A DNA stretch of 64,000 nt, from NCBI GenBank assembly GCA_964401485.1, contig CAYNYL010000006.1, positions 4,208 to 68,207 of the forward strand. The letters are read 5' to 3'. The translations under genes were made by a program, and so were the position numbers. A model generated the notes under the pieces. The model was not told the DNA's origin. It worked only from the letters and a program-made list of their open reading frames with translations, and did not search any database. The DNA is from an uncultured Gammaproteobacteria bacterium. GTDB taxonomy: Bacteria > Patescibacteriota > Patescibacteriia > UBA9934. Below, one piece after another: positions 46,168 through 57,716 of the stretch (position 1 is the stretch's first letter; the number at the start of each line of letters is the position of its first letter).

Positions 46168-47200
46168 CGCTCGCACTCTCGAGCGTATCGACAATATGAA
46201 TCCAGGTGCGCCCGAGGTTGATCGCAACCTCTTTTCCATTTACATCATAGAACCGTAGGCGCTCCTCGTTTGATGCTTTTTTCCAAGTAATTTCTTGCAC
46301 CACCCCGTCTTGCGCGAAAAGACCGTATCCATCCCCAATCGTCGTAACTGCTTTTCGACCTTTCTCGTCGATTGTACGCACATCGGTCTCAATCACAACA
46401 ATCGAATCAACAATAACATTCGCGCCATTTTCAACCGTCATCACTTCATCTCCCTGAATACGCGTATAGCGATTTGTCTCCGAATCATAGTCCCAGCGCA
46501 CGCGGTACACTCCTAGCGATTGATTTACGCGTAACGATTCGTTTCCACGCGATGCTCCCTCTTTCCTCTTCCAGAGTCCGTACTGAAATGGCGCAACGTT
46601 AAACTCCTCGATCGCCCCGCGAAGCGACTCAATGCTCGTAAACACGTTGTGCGGCGCGTAGCGGCCGTTCGTTGTCTGGCGGTAAAAATATTCGCTTTGG
46701 AAAAACTGATCGAGGTCTTGAACAGAGTCCGTACCGTGGACTTTATCGAGCGCCTCAGGCGAACCCCCGACGTGTGCATAAATCGCCCCAAACTCCGATG
46801 CGTAATCAATATAATACGGGCGCGCCGATCGCACCGGACCAATTTTTTTTGTTTCCTGATCCTCCCGGAAAAATGCAAGGAAACGAGGAATATCTCCCTC
46901 AACCGGCGCTTCGATCACAAGAAACGCATCCTCGAGTCCCGAGAGTGGCCAAGCGTCGTAAGCATTCTCGATCATGACTCCAAAAATAACCGCACGCTCC
47001 TCCTCGATAACAACACTTTCTTCTTCGTCGCTTGGTGTAACGCTCGGCGCCTCGCTAGACCCACGCAGCACGAAGAAAAGAACAATAGCCACAACAAACA
47101 GAACACCGAAGAGAACGGCAGCGAGAGCGTAACGAAAAGAAACGAGCAGTGAAAGCCCGTTTCTTAATCGGTGTTTGAGTTGCGTTAAACGCTTCTTCAC
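46130..47200 (-). CDS. Membrane-anchored hypothetical protein, DUF3048 (YerB-like) candidate
   Basis: N-terminal TM (LAAVLFGVLFVVAIVLFFVL) followed by a soluble domain; family resemblance only. Its 3' end overlaps the prmC 3' end by 38 bp. Confidence 0.4.
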   Translation of the reverse strand: MKKRLTQLKHRLRNGLSLLVSFRYALAAVLFGVLFVVAIVLFFVLRGSSEAPSVTPSDEEESVVIEEERAVIFGVMIENAYDAWPLSGLEDAFLVIEAPVEGDIPRFLAFFREDQETKKIGPVRSARPYYIDYASEFGAIYAHVGGSPEALDKVHGTDSVQDLDQFFQSEYFYRQTTNGRYAPHNVFTSIESLRGAIEEFNVAPFQYGLWKRKEGASRGNESLRVNQSLGVYRVRWDYDSETNRYTRIQGDEVMTVENGANVIVDSIVVIETDVRTIDEKGRKAVTTIGDGYGLFAQDGVVQEITWKKASNEERLRFYDVNGKEVAINLGRTWIHIVDTLESASAISIESQDGVSN

Positions 47201-47202
47201 AC

Positions 47203-47898
47203 TTATTTCTTTTCTTTTTCTGCTTTTTCCTTTTCAGCTGCCGCAGCCTTCTCCGCTTCAATCTTCGCGTTTTGTTCCGCAACCTTATCTTCAACAGGCG
47301 CATCAAGAGCCGCGAGTTCCTCTTCAGAGCGAGGAGGTTGCACGCTCGCAACCGCGAGACTCATATCCGTCTTTACCTCGATTCCCGCTGGAATCACGAT
47401 ATCGGAAACGTGAATCACATCTTCAAAGGTCTTAAGCCCTGTAACATCTACCTCGATTTCACGAACGAGAGCCGATGGAAGCGCAAGCACTTCAAGCTCA
47501 TCAACTGCGTGTGCAAAGGTTCCACCAAGCTCCTTAACCGCTGGAGCAAGTCCAACGAATTTAAGCGCAATCGTCGCCTCAACCTTCTTACTCATGTCTA
47601 CCGCACGAAAATCAACGTGCGTAACGAAGTCGGTCATCGGATCAAATTGGATATCTTGCAAAAGCACGTTGAAGGTCTTTCCTTCAGCGTCGAGCGTGAT
47701 AACCGTACTTTCTCCCGCTTCCTTATAAAGCTTCGCAACTTGGTTGCGGTCAAGAGTAAGCATCATCGGTTCCGTACCAAATCCGTACAAAACACCCGGA
47801 ACTTTTCCTTCAGCGCGAAGGTCATCCGTGTGTCGTCCTTTAATAATGCGTTTTTCCGCATGAATTGTTGCCATTTCCATAGAATGCCCGTATTTCAC
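47203..47898 (-). CDS. 50S ribosomal protein L25 / general stress protein Ctc, with a Lys/Ala/Glu-rich C-terminal tail
   Basis: ATIHAEKRIIKGRHTDDLRAEGKVPGVLYG matches the L25 N-domain; 231 aa Ctc-type length. Confidence 0.85.
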   Translation of the reverse strand: MKYGHSMEMATIHAEKRIIKGRHTDDLRAEGKVPGVLYGFGTEPMMLTLDRNQVAKLYKEAGESTVITLDAEGKTFNVLLQDIQFDPMTDFVTHVDFRAVDMSKKVEATIALKFVGLAPAVKELGGTFAHAVDELEVLALPSALVREIEVDVTGLKTFEDVIHVSDIVIPAGIEVKTDMSLAVASVQPPRSEEELAALDAPVEDKVAEQNAKIEAEKAAAAEKEKAEKEKK

Positions 47899-48191
47899 AT
47901 AATTTTTATAAAACTGTCAAGTTTTAGGGCATTGTGGACAGCAATCACGTCATCCACCGAAACGGCTTCATTTTGCCAAAAACGAAGGATTTCAAAGCGA
48001 CGAAGGTCCGTCGGCATCCCTAAAACCTGAAGCGCCCCGTCAACTTCCTTCATCGAAAACAACATGGAAAGCTTACACTCTTCACATTCTCCATGAAAGA
48101 TATCCTCAATCTCTCTTCGATCAACAAGCACGAGCTGACCAGAACGGTAGGTAGAACGACACTTGGGACATGCGAAGAAAGAATGATTCAT
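47895..48191 (-). CDS. Small zinc-ribbon protein
   Basis: CPKC...(26 aa)...CEEC C4 arrangement; 98 aa. Confidence 0.4.
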   Translation of the reverse strand: MNHSFFACPKCRSTYRSGQLVLVDRREIEDIFHGECEECKLSMLFSMKEVDGALQVLGMPTDLRRFEILRFWQNEAVSVDDVIAVHNALKLDSFIKIM

Positions 48192-48194
48192 ACG

Positions 48195-49325
48195 TTAAGT
48201 ATACCACGGGGTATCCGTACCATCCCCTGGACGGATTCGCAAGACAATACTTTGCGCGAGCGCAACTAAGGAAAAGGAAAGAAGGAGCGAACTTCCTCCA
48301 TAGCTCACGAACGGTAGGGTGACGCCGGTCGCCGGTAGAAGCGAGAGATTGACCCCGATAATAACAAAAGACTGGATAAAAAACGCCGCAAAAATACCAA
48401 CGAGAAGAAAGACCGTGAACCCATCGCGCGCACGAGCGGTTAGTCGAAGTAAACGATACAAGAGAAGAAACAGCGCCGTAAATAACACCGTTACACCGAT
48501 AAACCCAAGCTCCTCGGCGATAATCGCAAATACAAAGTCCGTGTGACTTTCCGGTAAAAACTTAAGCTGACTTTGGGAACCAAAACCAAGCCCCTTTCCA
48601 AATAACTGACCGGAACCGATCGCGATTTTTGCTTGAATCAGGTTGTAGCCGCTATCGAGCGGATCAAGACCCGGCCGAAGAAACACCTCGATACGTTCCC
48701 GCTGATAATCCTCAAACAAAAGCCCCCAAGAAAGTGTAAAGACAAGTGCGAAAATACCTCCCAGGATCGCGAGATGCGAAAGACGGATCCCAGCGAACAA
48801 AAGGAAGATGCCCCAAATTCCGACAAGCATTCCCGCACTTCCAAGATCAGGCTGTAAAAGCACAAGAAGAACCGGGATGCCGACAATCATTCCACTTTGA
48901 TATATCTCCTTCCACCCAAAATAGTATCGAGCATGTTCCCCAAAGTACCGAGCAAGCGCAAGGATCAAGGCGAACTTCATAAACTCAACCGGCTGAAATG
49001 AGAAGAAACCGAAGTCAAACCATCCTTTCGTTCCTCCAAACACACGCCCGAAAATGATAACAAGGACTAGGAGCACGTTTCCACCGATATACATGAGCCG
49101 GGCGTAGTTACGCCACTGCAAATAATGGAAGTTGAGAATGAATACAGCAAGAAGAAGTCCAATCGCGCTTGCGATCACTTGCTTTCGAAGAAGAAGAAAC
49201 TGCCCCGCCTCCCGTCCAAGTTCTACGGAATAGATCGCCGAAAATCCAAAAAGAAGGAGAACAAAGACTGCGACAAGGATAAACCAATCAAATGATTGCA
49301 GGGTTTTGAGAAGACGGTCGAACAT
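48195..49325 (-). CDS. SEDS-family peptidoglycan glycosyltransferase (RodA/FtsW)
   Basis: About 10 TM helices. Conserved motifs GGSKGWFDFGFFSFQPVEF-type, PESHTDFVFA and PFVSYGGSS. Confidence 0.85.
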   Translation of the reverse strand: MFDRLLKTLQSFDWFILVAVFVLLLFGFSAIYSVELGREAGQFLLLRKQVIASAIGLLLAVFILNFHYLQWRNYARLMYIGGNVLLVLVIIFGRVFGGTKGWFDFGFFSFQPVEFMKFALILALARYFGEHARYYFGWKEIYQSGMIVGIPVLLVLLQPDLGSAGMLVGIWGIFLLFAGIRLSHLAILGGIFALVFTLSWGLLFEDYQRERIEVFLRPGLDPLDSGYNLIQAKIAIGSGQLFGKGLGFGSQSQLKFLPESHTDFVFAIIAEELGFIGVTVLFTALFLLLYRLLRLTARARDGFTVFLLVGIFAAFFIQSFVIIGVNLSLLPATGVTLPFVSYGGSSLLLSFSLVALAQSIVLRIRPGDGTDTPWYT

Positions 49326-49334
49326 GTACCCACT

Positions 49335-50258
49335 CTAGAAGAAGAGGCGCTCTTCTTCAAGGCTCGAGGTACTATCCATGTAGACATCTGGATCGAGGTA
49401 ATCAATCATCGGAAGAATCCGAACCTCGCCAACCGTTGGCGCCGATCCATACCATTGAAGTTCAACATCACGAGATTCGCCGACCTCAAGCCCTCGAAGC
49501 GTCACGGTATTCACCCCAATGACCGTTCCAGATCGTTCAATAAGAACGAGAAAGGTCGGGCTCCAATAGGCGTAGGGAGTTGAGTTTTCGAGCGTAAACC
49601 GAGTTCGTGTAATTTCAGCGCCATCGACCAGGACCGTTTCGTGGCGCGCATTAAGAAAACGAAAATCATTGTGCGCAAAAATCCACTCCGAAATCGTCGC
49701 CGTCCCAGCGCCCGGAAGATTGCGCGGGTTCAATCGCTCAAAGACGATATCTTTGATAAGTACATCGCTAACCCCTGGGCGACTCGTTGAGGGAACGCGG
49801 TAGGCAAGAAGTCCACCTTCACTCTTTGGCATGATCGTCGCCTTCGCCAATTCCGTCTCCCCGTCCCCGGTTTCAAACGTATACGTGATCATCGCCGCCC
49901 ACTGTTCATTCGCGTTCTCAACTGGTGCAAAAAAATCATAGGTTCCTTCCGTATTTTGAAAAACGCTCGTCGAGCCAATAATCAAGGAAGAAGCCGCTCC
50001 CGATCTCGCTGCCTCCGCGTGTACGCGCGTGTTTTCCGCCATGCGCGCCACGAGCCGTTTATCAACAAACTGTCCATTTGAGACATATGCCCCAAGCGAA
50101 AAGAGCACGAAGAGCAGAAGCACGAGATCAATTCCCGCCCAAAGTCCCCAAAAAAGCCGAACAAGAAGCGGTTTTCCAACCTCAATCGCCGTATCGCGCC
50201 GATACGCGAAATCAATCTCTTTAAACGCTCCAGCTCGCTTATCCTCCCCTTCCTGCAT
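49335..50258 (-). CDS. Hypothetical single-pass membrane protein upstream of rodA/ftsW
   Basis: TM helix LFWGLWAGIDLVLLLFVLFSL followed by a ~250-aa soluble domain. No family recognised. Confidence 0.4.
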   Translation of the reverse strand: MQEGEDKRAGAFKEIDFAYRRDTAIEVGKPLLVRLFWGLWAGIDLVLLLFVLFSLGAYVSNGQFVDKRLVARMAENTRVHAEAARSGAASSLIIGSTSVFQNTEGTYDFFAPVENANEQWAAMITYTFETGDGETELAKATIMPKSEGGLLAYRVPSTSRPGVSDVLIKDIVFERLNPRNLPGAGTATISEWIFAHNDFRFLNARHETVLVDGAEITRTRFTLENSTPYAYWSPTFLVLIERSGTVIGVNTVTLRGLEVGESRDVELQWYGSAPTVGEVRILPMIDYLDPDVYMDSTSSLEEERLFF

Positions 50259-50285
50259 ATAGACTAGTATAGCAAATTCTTGTAA

Positions 50286-52295
<2,010 letters not shown>

Positions 52296-52335
52296 TCCCT
52301 TGCAAAGAAGTTCCTTCCGTGGTATGTTGTCCACA

Positions 52336-52358
52336 ACAGCCCCGGAAGGGCTTTTTAA
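52336..52358 (+). terminator. Possible rho-independent terminator after gyrB
   Basis: Short GC stem agccc-cggaa-gggct followed by TTTTT. Confidence 0.45.
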
Positions 52359-52369
52359 AATAGTAAAAT

Positions 52370-52672
52370 ATGGCACTAAACAATCCGGTCGTGAATTACT
52401 TGCGTGAGTCGAAAATCGAACTCGAAAAGGTAAGTTGGCCAACGCGTAAAGACACCGTTCGCTACACGCTTGCTGTAATCTTGTTCGCCGTGATCCTTGG
52501 AGCATTTTTCGCAGTCGTTGACCAAGCATTCAACCTCGGCGTCCTTACTCTCCTTGACCTCTCGGAAACAACGGCCCCTGCCCCATCGCTCGACATCAGC
52601 GACATCACAACGACCCCGGTCGAAGTTGACGCCGACGCAACCGAGCCGGTAGCGACCGAACCTGCAAACTAA
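52370..52672 (+). CDS. secE: Preprotein translocase subunit SecE
   Basis: YLRESKIELEKVSWPTRKDTVRYTLAVILFAVILGAFFAVVD is the typical SecE C-terminal TM; it lies immediately upstream of nusG. Confidence 0.75.
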   Translation: MALNNPVVNYLRESKIELEKVSWPTRKDTVRYTLAVILFAVILGAFFAVVDQAFNLGVLTLLDLSETTAPAPSLDISDITTTPVEVDADATEPVATEPAN

Positions 52673-52673
52673 T

Positions 52674-53219
52674 ATGGCAAAACAAACAGCGAATTACGGC
52701 CGACGCTGGTATGCGATCCATACCTACTCCGGCTACGAAGAAAACGTACTTGATAACCTCAAGCAACGAATTGATACGATGGACATGGAAGAAAAAATCT
52801 TCAGCGTCCTCGTTCCAAAGGAAAAGAAAATTAAGATTAAAAACGGAAAGCGTCGCGTGATCGAGGAGAAGATTTTCCCTGGATATGTGCTCGTTGAGAT
52901 GATCGTAACCGACGATTCTTGGTACGTTGTGCGAAATACGCCAAACGTTACGGGATTCATTGGCGCCGGAACAACTCCGACCCCAATTCCACAAGAAGAA
53001 ATCGATGCGCTTATGAAGCGCGTCGGTGTCGACGAACCGGAATTTACGCTCGATGTTTCGGTCGACGATCCGGTAACGATTACAGACGGTCCATTCAAGG
53101 GTCAACAAGGAAAGGTTGCGGAAATCGACGAACAACGTGGAAAGATGAAAGTACTCGTTTCCATGTTCGGCCGAGAGACTCCTGTCGAACTCGACTTCCT
53201 TCAAGTCAAAAAGGTTTAA
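52674..53219 (+). CDS. nusG: Transcription termination/antitermination factor NusG
   Basis: NGN domain (WYAIHTYSGYEENV) and KOW motif (FPGYVLVEM ... GPFKGQQGKVAEID). Confidence 0.9.
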   Translation: MAKQTANYGRRWYAIHTYSGYEENVLDNLKQRIDTMDMEEKIFSVLVPKEKKIKIKNGKRRVIEEKIFPGYVLVEMIVTDDSWYVVRNTPNVTGFIGAGTTPTPIPQEEIDALMKRVGVDEPEFTLDVSVDDPVTITDGPFKGQQGKVAEIDEQRGKMKVLVSMFGRETPVELDFLQVKKV

Positions 53220-53226
53220 AAAGATA

Positions 53227-53250
53227 CGCCCACCCGGGCGTGTTTTTTTA
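53227..53250 (+). terminator. Rho-independent terminator after nusG
   Basis: cgccc-acc-cgggcg hairpin followed by TGTTTTTTT. Confidence 0.75.
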
Positions 53251-53278
53251 TCTAGCGATTGCTATACTTTGTACAACT

Positions 53279-54142
53279 ATGTCTTTTATTACACTTATCA
53301 TCGCCATGATCATCGAACTAACGATGACTTCGTTTATCGCGTCTACCGACGTTTCATATAATGGTGACGGCAAGGGCGAGTATCCAACGAATCTAGCCCA
53401 AGTAGAACCCAATCGAGGTGAAACAGAGGAAGGCTCAAGACTTCGCGCCGAAAATATCGCACAGGTTGAAACGCAAGCAAAAGCAATGGAACAAACGCTT
53501 GCCGAGGGCGAAAGAACATGGATCGGACGCATTGCCGGTGAAGTCGACGATTCGGACGGAAGCCTTCCCACCATTCCATTCGAAATCGTTAAGGTTGAAA
53601 ATGGGGCTGAAACAGTCGTCTACAGCACGATCGTTTACACTTACTCTAGTACAACGATCAGCGTTCAAGACGATAGCGTCGTCATTTCCGATTACCAAGG
53701 TGCGCCGGAGGGTGGACATTTTACCGATATTTTCTTTGTTAACGGAGAAGAACGGTACCGCGTGGAATACGGTGGCGCCTGGGGCTATGTACGCTCGCTT
53801 ACCGTCAAAAAAGAATCCACGCCTCAATTCGATATTTTACTTGCGTCAAGCGAGCAATGCGTACATAGAACCCTTTACGATTCGAGCGAAACGCCCGATC
53901 AAACCGAGGTAACGGGGCTTATTCTCGTCGAATTTCAGTACAATGAATTCTACCCGATTCCAAAAGGTCCAATCGCGGTACCATGCGAATTTATAGATTC
54001 CGTACAATATAATCCAACATTTAGAGTGGAGAGTATCACGCCAATCGTAAATGGCATCGCGATTACGCTTCCTGGTGGCAGAAAGGCGTTTGTTGAGATC
54101 GCAGATGACGGCACGGCAGATGTTATTTATCCAAACTTTTGA
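53279..54142 (+). CDS. Hypothetical secreted protein (288 aa) inserted between nusG and rplK
   Basis: ATG at 53279 after the nusG terminator; N-terminal hydrophobic segment MSFITLIIAMIIELTMTSFIA. The 52919 ORF in the track is an upstream read-through artefact in another frame from nusG. Confidence 0.45.
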   Translation: MSFITLIIAMIIELTMTSFIASTDVSYNGDGKGEYPTNLAQVEPNRGETEEGSRLRAENIAQVETQAKAMEQTLAEGERTWIGRIAGEVDDSDGSLPTIPFEIVKVENGAETVVYSTIVYTYSSTTISVQDDSVVISDYQGAPEGGHFTDIFFVNGEERYRVEYGGAWGYVRSLTVKKESTPQFDILLASSEQCVHRTLYDSSETPDQTEVTGLILVEFQYNEFYPIPKGPIAVPCEFIDSVQYNPTFRVESITPIVNGIAITLPGGRKAFVEIADDGTADVIYPNF

Positions 54143-54768
54143 AGGAGAATCGGAACCTGTTCGTCAAAAACCACGAGCGTTACTCGATCATTGTCAAAGA
54201 ATGTATAGCGGAACACGAGGGGAAGTGAAAAAATGGTTTGCAGGATAACAGAGAGAGCTTCCGGGTTTTCGAGTCGGAAGGAAACGATCGCGAGGTCAAC
54301 CTCTCCCGCTGTCATCGTCGTGTGCAGTTCCGGTTCTTGTGAAAACGCCGCAAGATGATCCATCGGAAAAAAGAGATCTATCCCCTCTTTCGTATTGAGC
54401 GTAATCGGTATCGAGCCTCCGCGTCTTTGAACCCACGCCTCGGTTAATCTCGCGACGTGCATATCGGTATACCGACAATGTGCAAGTCCATTCCAAACAG
54501 AAACATCTCGGACAATAGGCGTCGGCTGTACATAATGTGAGTGATGTTTTTGCATTCTTCGGAGCGCCATTACGATAGCGGGTATCGAGACCTGTCGCCC
54601 AACCGCACCACTGACCGACGCTTGAATTACCCGGGCGTACGCAGTGATATTGAGAAATCCTCTTGTGAAAGCCTCTCTTGCAGACGTATCCAACAAAAAC
54701 GCTTCTTTGATGTGGTTTTGAAGTTTTGGGTAGGCCACCTCTGCCTGGTACTGACCCTTTGACAGCAT
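54127..54768 (-). CDS. Hypothetical protein (213 aa)
   Basis: Protein-like ORF convergent to and overlapping the 53279-54142 gene by 16 nt. No family recognised. Confidence 0.35.
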   Translation of the reverse strand: MLSKGQYQAEVAYPKLQNHIKEAFLLDTSAREAFTRGFLNITAYARVIQASVSGAVGRQVSIPAIVMALRRMQKHHSHYVQPTPIVRDVSVWNGLAHCRYTDMHVARLTEAWVQRRGGSIPITLNTKEGIDLFFPMDHLAAFSQEPELHTTMTAGEVDLAIVSFRLENPEALSVILQTIFSLPLVFRYTFFDNDRVTLVVFDEQVPILLQKFG

Positions 54769-54886
54769 ATTTTTGTTATAATTATAACAGAATCGTTAGA
54801 TTTATAACAAAAGCGAGGCCTAAAAGAGTGCCGAGGTGGGATGCCCATACCACCCACGAAAAAATGATCCTAAAATCCCCCGAGGT

Positions 54887-54915
54887 TTGACAAAAATCCA
54901 CAAATAGGGCAAAAT
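54887..54915 (+). promoter_or_regulatory. Candidate sigma-70 promoter for rplK-rplA (TTGACA-17 nt-CAAAAT)
   Basis: Perfect -35 hexamer at 54887-54892 and a 5/6 -10 match at 54910-54915, ~65 nt upstream of the rplK ATG. Confidence 0.4.
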
Positions 54916-54980
54916 CCCAGCACTAATTCACGACATAGTTGCCGTCCAAAAAACGGAATCTATTCTAAAAATACGTCGTT

Positions 54981-55406
54981 ATGGCAGAGAAAAAGATCAA
55001 AGCCGTCGTCAAAATTCAGGCGACGGGAGGTGCCGCGACTCCAGCGCCACCGCTCGGACCGATCCTCGGTCAACAAGGAGTCAACATTGCGCAGTTTGTT
55101 AATGACTTTAACAACGCCACGCAAGATCGAAAGGGAGAAATCGTTCCAGCCGTCCTTACGATTTACGAAGACCGAAGCTTTAGCTTCGTCCTTAAAATCG
55201 CCCCAGCGTCAGAGCTTATCAAAAAAGCAGCGAAGATCGCTAAGGGATCCGGAAAGCCACTTTCCGAGAAAGTCGGATCGATTACGAAGGATCAGCTCCG
55301 CGAAATCGCGACAGCAAAACTTCCAGACCTTAATACAAACGACGTGGACCGAGCGATGAACATTATCGCCGGAACATGCCGACAGATGGGCGTTGAGATC
55401 AAATAA
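54981..55406 (+). CDS. rplK: 50S ribosomal protein L11
   Basis: KIQATGGAATPAPPLGPILGQQGVNIAQFVNDFN is the L11 N-terminal signature. Confidence 0.95.
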   Translation: MAEKKIKAVVKIQATGGAATPAPPLGPILGQQGVNIAQFVNDFNNATQDRKGEIVPAVLTIYEDRSFSFVLKIAPASELIKKAAKIAKGSGKPLSEKVGSITKDQLREIATAKLPDLNTNDVDRAMNIIAGTCRQMGVEIK

Positions 55407-55407
55407 T

Positions 55408-56091
55408 ATGAATAAACGCTATACGGAAGCAAAAGCGAAAATCAACAAGTCGCAGCTTCACTCAATCACCGAAGCCGTCGCACTCGTACAGAGCATGCCA
55501 AAGGCAGCTTTCGACGAAACCGTTGAGATCCATGTTCGCGTCGGAATCGACCCAAAGCAAGGAGACCAACAGGTACGAGGAACAATCGCCCTTCCACACG
55601 GATCGGGAAAGCAGGTCCGCGTCGCCGCCTTCGTCGACAGTGCAAATGAAACAGCCGCAAAGAACGCGGGAGCAGATATCGTCGCTACAGAAGAAACGAT
55701 TGAACAAATCGTTGCAACCGGAAAAATCGACTTTGACGTCGCGGTTGCCGTTCCAGCAATGATGCCTAAGCTCGCTAAGGCCGCGAAGGTTCTCGGACCT
55801 CGTGGACTCATGCCGAACCCAAAGACAGATACAGTTGGACCAAACATCGAAAAAATGATCACGGAACAAAAGGGTGGAAAGGTCTCGTTTAAGAACGACA
55901 ACACCTGCAATATCCACACGATCGTTGGTAAAGTATCGTTTGACGCGACAAAACTCGCCGAAAACATCGCACTTACCCTTGAGACAATCAAGAAAGCAAA
56001 ACCAAACTCGTCAAAAGGAGTCTATATGAAGACCGCCTTCCTCACGACGACAATGGGACCATCAATCAAACTCGATCTCTCTACGATCTAA
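55408..56091 (+). CDS. rplA: 50S ribosomal protein L1. Likely start MNKRYTEAK at 55408; the ORF opens at 55393.
   Basis: Full-length L1 similarity: VEIHVRVGIDPKQGDQQVRGTIALPHGSGK..., MPKLAKAAKVLGPRGLMPNPK. Confidence 0.95.
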   Translation: MNKRYTEAKAKINKSQLHSITEAVALVQSMPKAAFDETVEIHVRVGIDPKQGDQQVRGTIALPHGSGKQVRVAAFVDSANETAAKNAGADIVATEETIEQIVATGKIDFDVAVAVPAMMPKLAKAAKVLGPRGLMPNPKTDTVGPNIEKMITEQKGGKVSFKNDNTCNIHTIVGKVSFDATKLAENIALTLETIKKAKPNSSKGVYMKTAFLTTTMGPSIKLDLSTI

Positions 56092-56097
56092 GGAAAA

Positions 56098-56125
56098 GCG
56101 CCCACACGGGCGTTTTTTCTTTTTT
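56098..56125 (+). terminator. Rho-independent terminator after rplA
   Basis: gcgccc-aca-cgggcg hairpin followed by TTTTTTCTTTTTT. Confidence 0.8.
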
Positions 56126-56132
56126 CGGGGGC

Positions 56133-56801
56133 GTGCTAAGCTTTTCTCGTATGATCCTTACCCGCGCGCATATTCTAGACCGGATTAAGACTGGGGACCT
56201 CGCGTTTACGCCCGCGCTTGACCAATTCCAGCTCCAACCCCACGCAATCGACCTTCGCCTCGGTTACCGATTTCTTATTCCGAAGAATTGGATGATGACG
56301 GACCGCGGGCGAAAGGCGCTTACGGTTTCGATTGAGCCGGATCAGTTTCACGCCGAACACTTTGATGAAGTCATATTACAGCCGGGTCAGTACTTTGAAT
56401 TACTCCCGAATGAATTTGTTATCGGAACAAGCCTGGAGAAAATCGAAATGCGGGCGGGTGATTTAATGGCGATTTTGTTTCCGCGAACGTCGACCAACCG
56501 CCGAGGGATCAACCTGTCGCTTTCCGGGATCATTGACGCCGGCTACTCGGGCACGCTTATTTTCCCGATGAAAAACGAGGCGGGTAACCAAGTAATCCGA
56601 ATTTTCCCGGGCGAGCGCGTATGCCAAATCGTCTTTGAAGAACTCTCCTCTTCCCTTTCCCCGGAAGAAGCAAATCTCCACGGGCTCAACCAAGCAAAAT
56701 ACACGAACGCGGGTAACAATTTTAAAGTCGATAAGCAGGAAGAAACCTCCCTTTTAACCGCTGGCGATCTTGATAAACTCAAACAAAACTACCCTCTATG
56801 A
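56133..56801 (+). CDS. dcd: dCTP deaminase (dUTPase superfamily)
   Basis: IDAGYSGTLIFPMKNEAGNQVIRIFPGERVCQIVF matches the dCTP deaminase / beta-clam fold core. Confidence 0.75.
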   Translation: MLSFSRMILTRAHILDRIKTGDLAFTPALDQFQLQPHAIDLRLGYRFLIPKNWMMTDRGRKALTVSIEPDQFHAEHFDEVILQPGQYFELLPNEFVIGTSLEKIEMRAGDLMAILFPRTSTNRRGINLSLSGIIDAGYSGTLIFPMKNEAGNQVIRIFPGERVCQIVFEELSSSLSPEEANLHGLNQAKYTNAGNNFKVDKQEETSLLTAGDLDKLKQNYPL

Positions 56802-57232
56802 CGCGACCAAGCTGGGACGAGTACTTTATGAGCATGGCAGAGCTCGCCTCTACACGCTCCACCTGCGACCGCCTTCAAGCAGGAGCAATATTAGTAAAAG
56901 ATAAGCGGGTTCTTGCCACGGGATACAACGGCTCGCCAGCCGGCCTTGATCACTGTGATGACGTTGGTCACCTTATGGAAGATGGCCACTGCATACGCAC
57001 TCTTCACGCAGAAGAAAACACCCTGCTCCAATGCGCAAAGTTTGGAGTTATAAGTGAGGGATCAACGATTTACACAGTCGCCTCTCCCTGCTACCACTGC
57101 TTCAAAAAGCTTGTAGCAGGAGGGGTGAAGGAGATCGTGGCAAAAAAAATCTATCGAGACAGCACAATTGAGCAATCCTGCAAGAACGCAGGGATTGTCT
57201 TCCGTCTGTTTACAAAATCCGATAATGCATGA
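56798..57232 (+). CDS. dCMP (deoxycytidylate) deaminase, ComEB-like
   Basis: HAEENTLLQ (H(A/C)E) and PCYHCFKKL (PCxxC) zinc-binding motifs of the CDA fold. Confidence 0.85.
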   Translation: MTRPSWDEYFMSMAELASTRSTCDRLQAGAILVKDKRVLATGYNGSPAGLDHCDDVGHLMEDGHCIRTLHAEENTLLQCAKFGVISEGSTIYTVASPCYHCFKKLVAGGVKEIVAKKIYRDSTIEQSCKNAGIVFRLFTKSDNA

Positions 57233-57716
57233 GCACCGCGCTCTCGTTGAGCATCTTTGATTCAACAAATTTTAGGCGCTGGTTGAACTTACCGGAAACA
57301 AATGGAACGCCGTCGCCGAAGACAATTGGCTCGATTGTCGCAAAGACGTCGGTCACGAGTCCCGCTTCGAGAAATGCCGAGTAGATTTGTGCTCCACCGC
57401 CAATAACAACCTTCTCGTAACCACGATTTTTAAGATCCTCGAGGATTTCCTTCGGGGATTTTTCGGTCCATTCTACTTGCCCCGGAAGTGATTCCTTCCC
57501 CAACACATCGCGAGTCATGATAACAAGCAGGCGGTCTTTTAATGGTCTATTGATTGTTGCGAAAGTTGCGCTTCCCATGATAACAACGCGAGCCTCTTTC
57601 GTTTTCGAAACAAAGTACGCCGTGTCTTCTTTACTCGTCCAAACAAGCGACGACTCGTCTTTCGCGCAAGAGATCTTCCCATCAAGCGACAATGCAACAA
57701 CAATTTCTACCTTCAT
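57210..57716 (-). CDS. folA: Dihydrofolate reductase
   Basis: MKVEIVVALSLDGKI...VIMGSATF...GGAQIY matches type I DHFR motifs; 168 aa. Confidence 0.85.
   Translation of the reverse strand: MKVEIVVALSLDGKISCAKDESSLVWTSKEDTAYFVSKTKEARVVIMGSATFATINRPLKDRLLVIMTRDVLGKESLPGQVEWTEKSPKEILEDLKNRGYEKVVIGGGAQIYSAFLEAGLVTDVFATIEPIVFGDGVPFVSGKFNQRLKFVESKMLNESAVLMHYRIL

Noticed and set aside
52919-54142. 407-aa plus-strand ORF starting inside nusG
   Set aside because: Its first ~120 codons are an alternative frame of the nusG 3' region running through the nusG terminator. The real gene starts at the ATG at 53279, after the terminator, and has a hydrophobic N-terminus.
54830-54870. Hairpin GTGGG-atgcccatacca-CCCAC upstream of rplK as an L1-binding autoregulatory site
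   Set aside because: It lies upstream of the predicted -35 element, so it would not be in the rplK transcript. Any L1 site more likely lies in the 54916-54980 leader, which I could not match confidently to the 23S rRNA L1 motif by eye.
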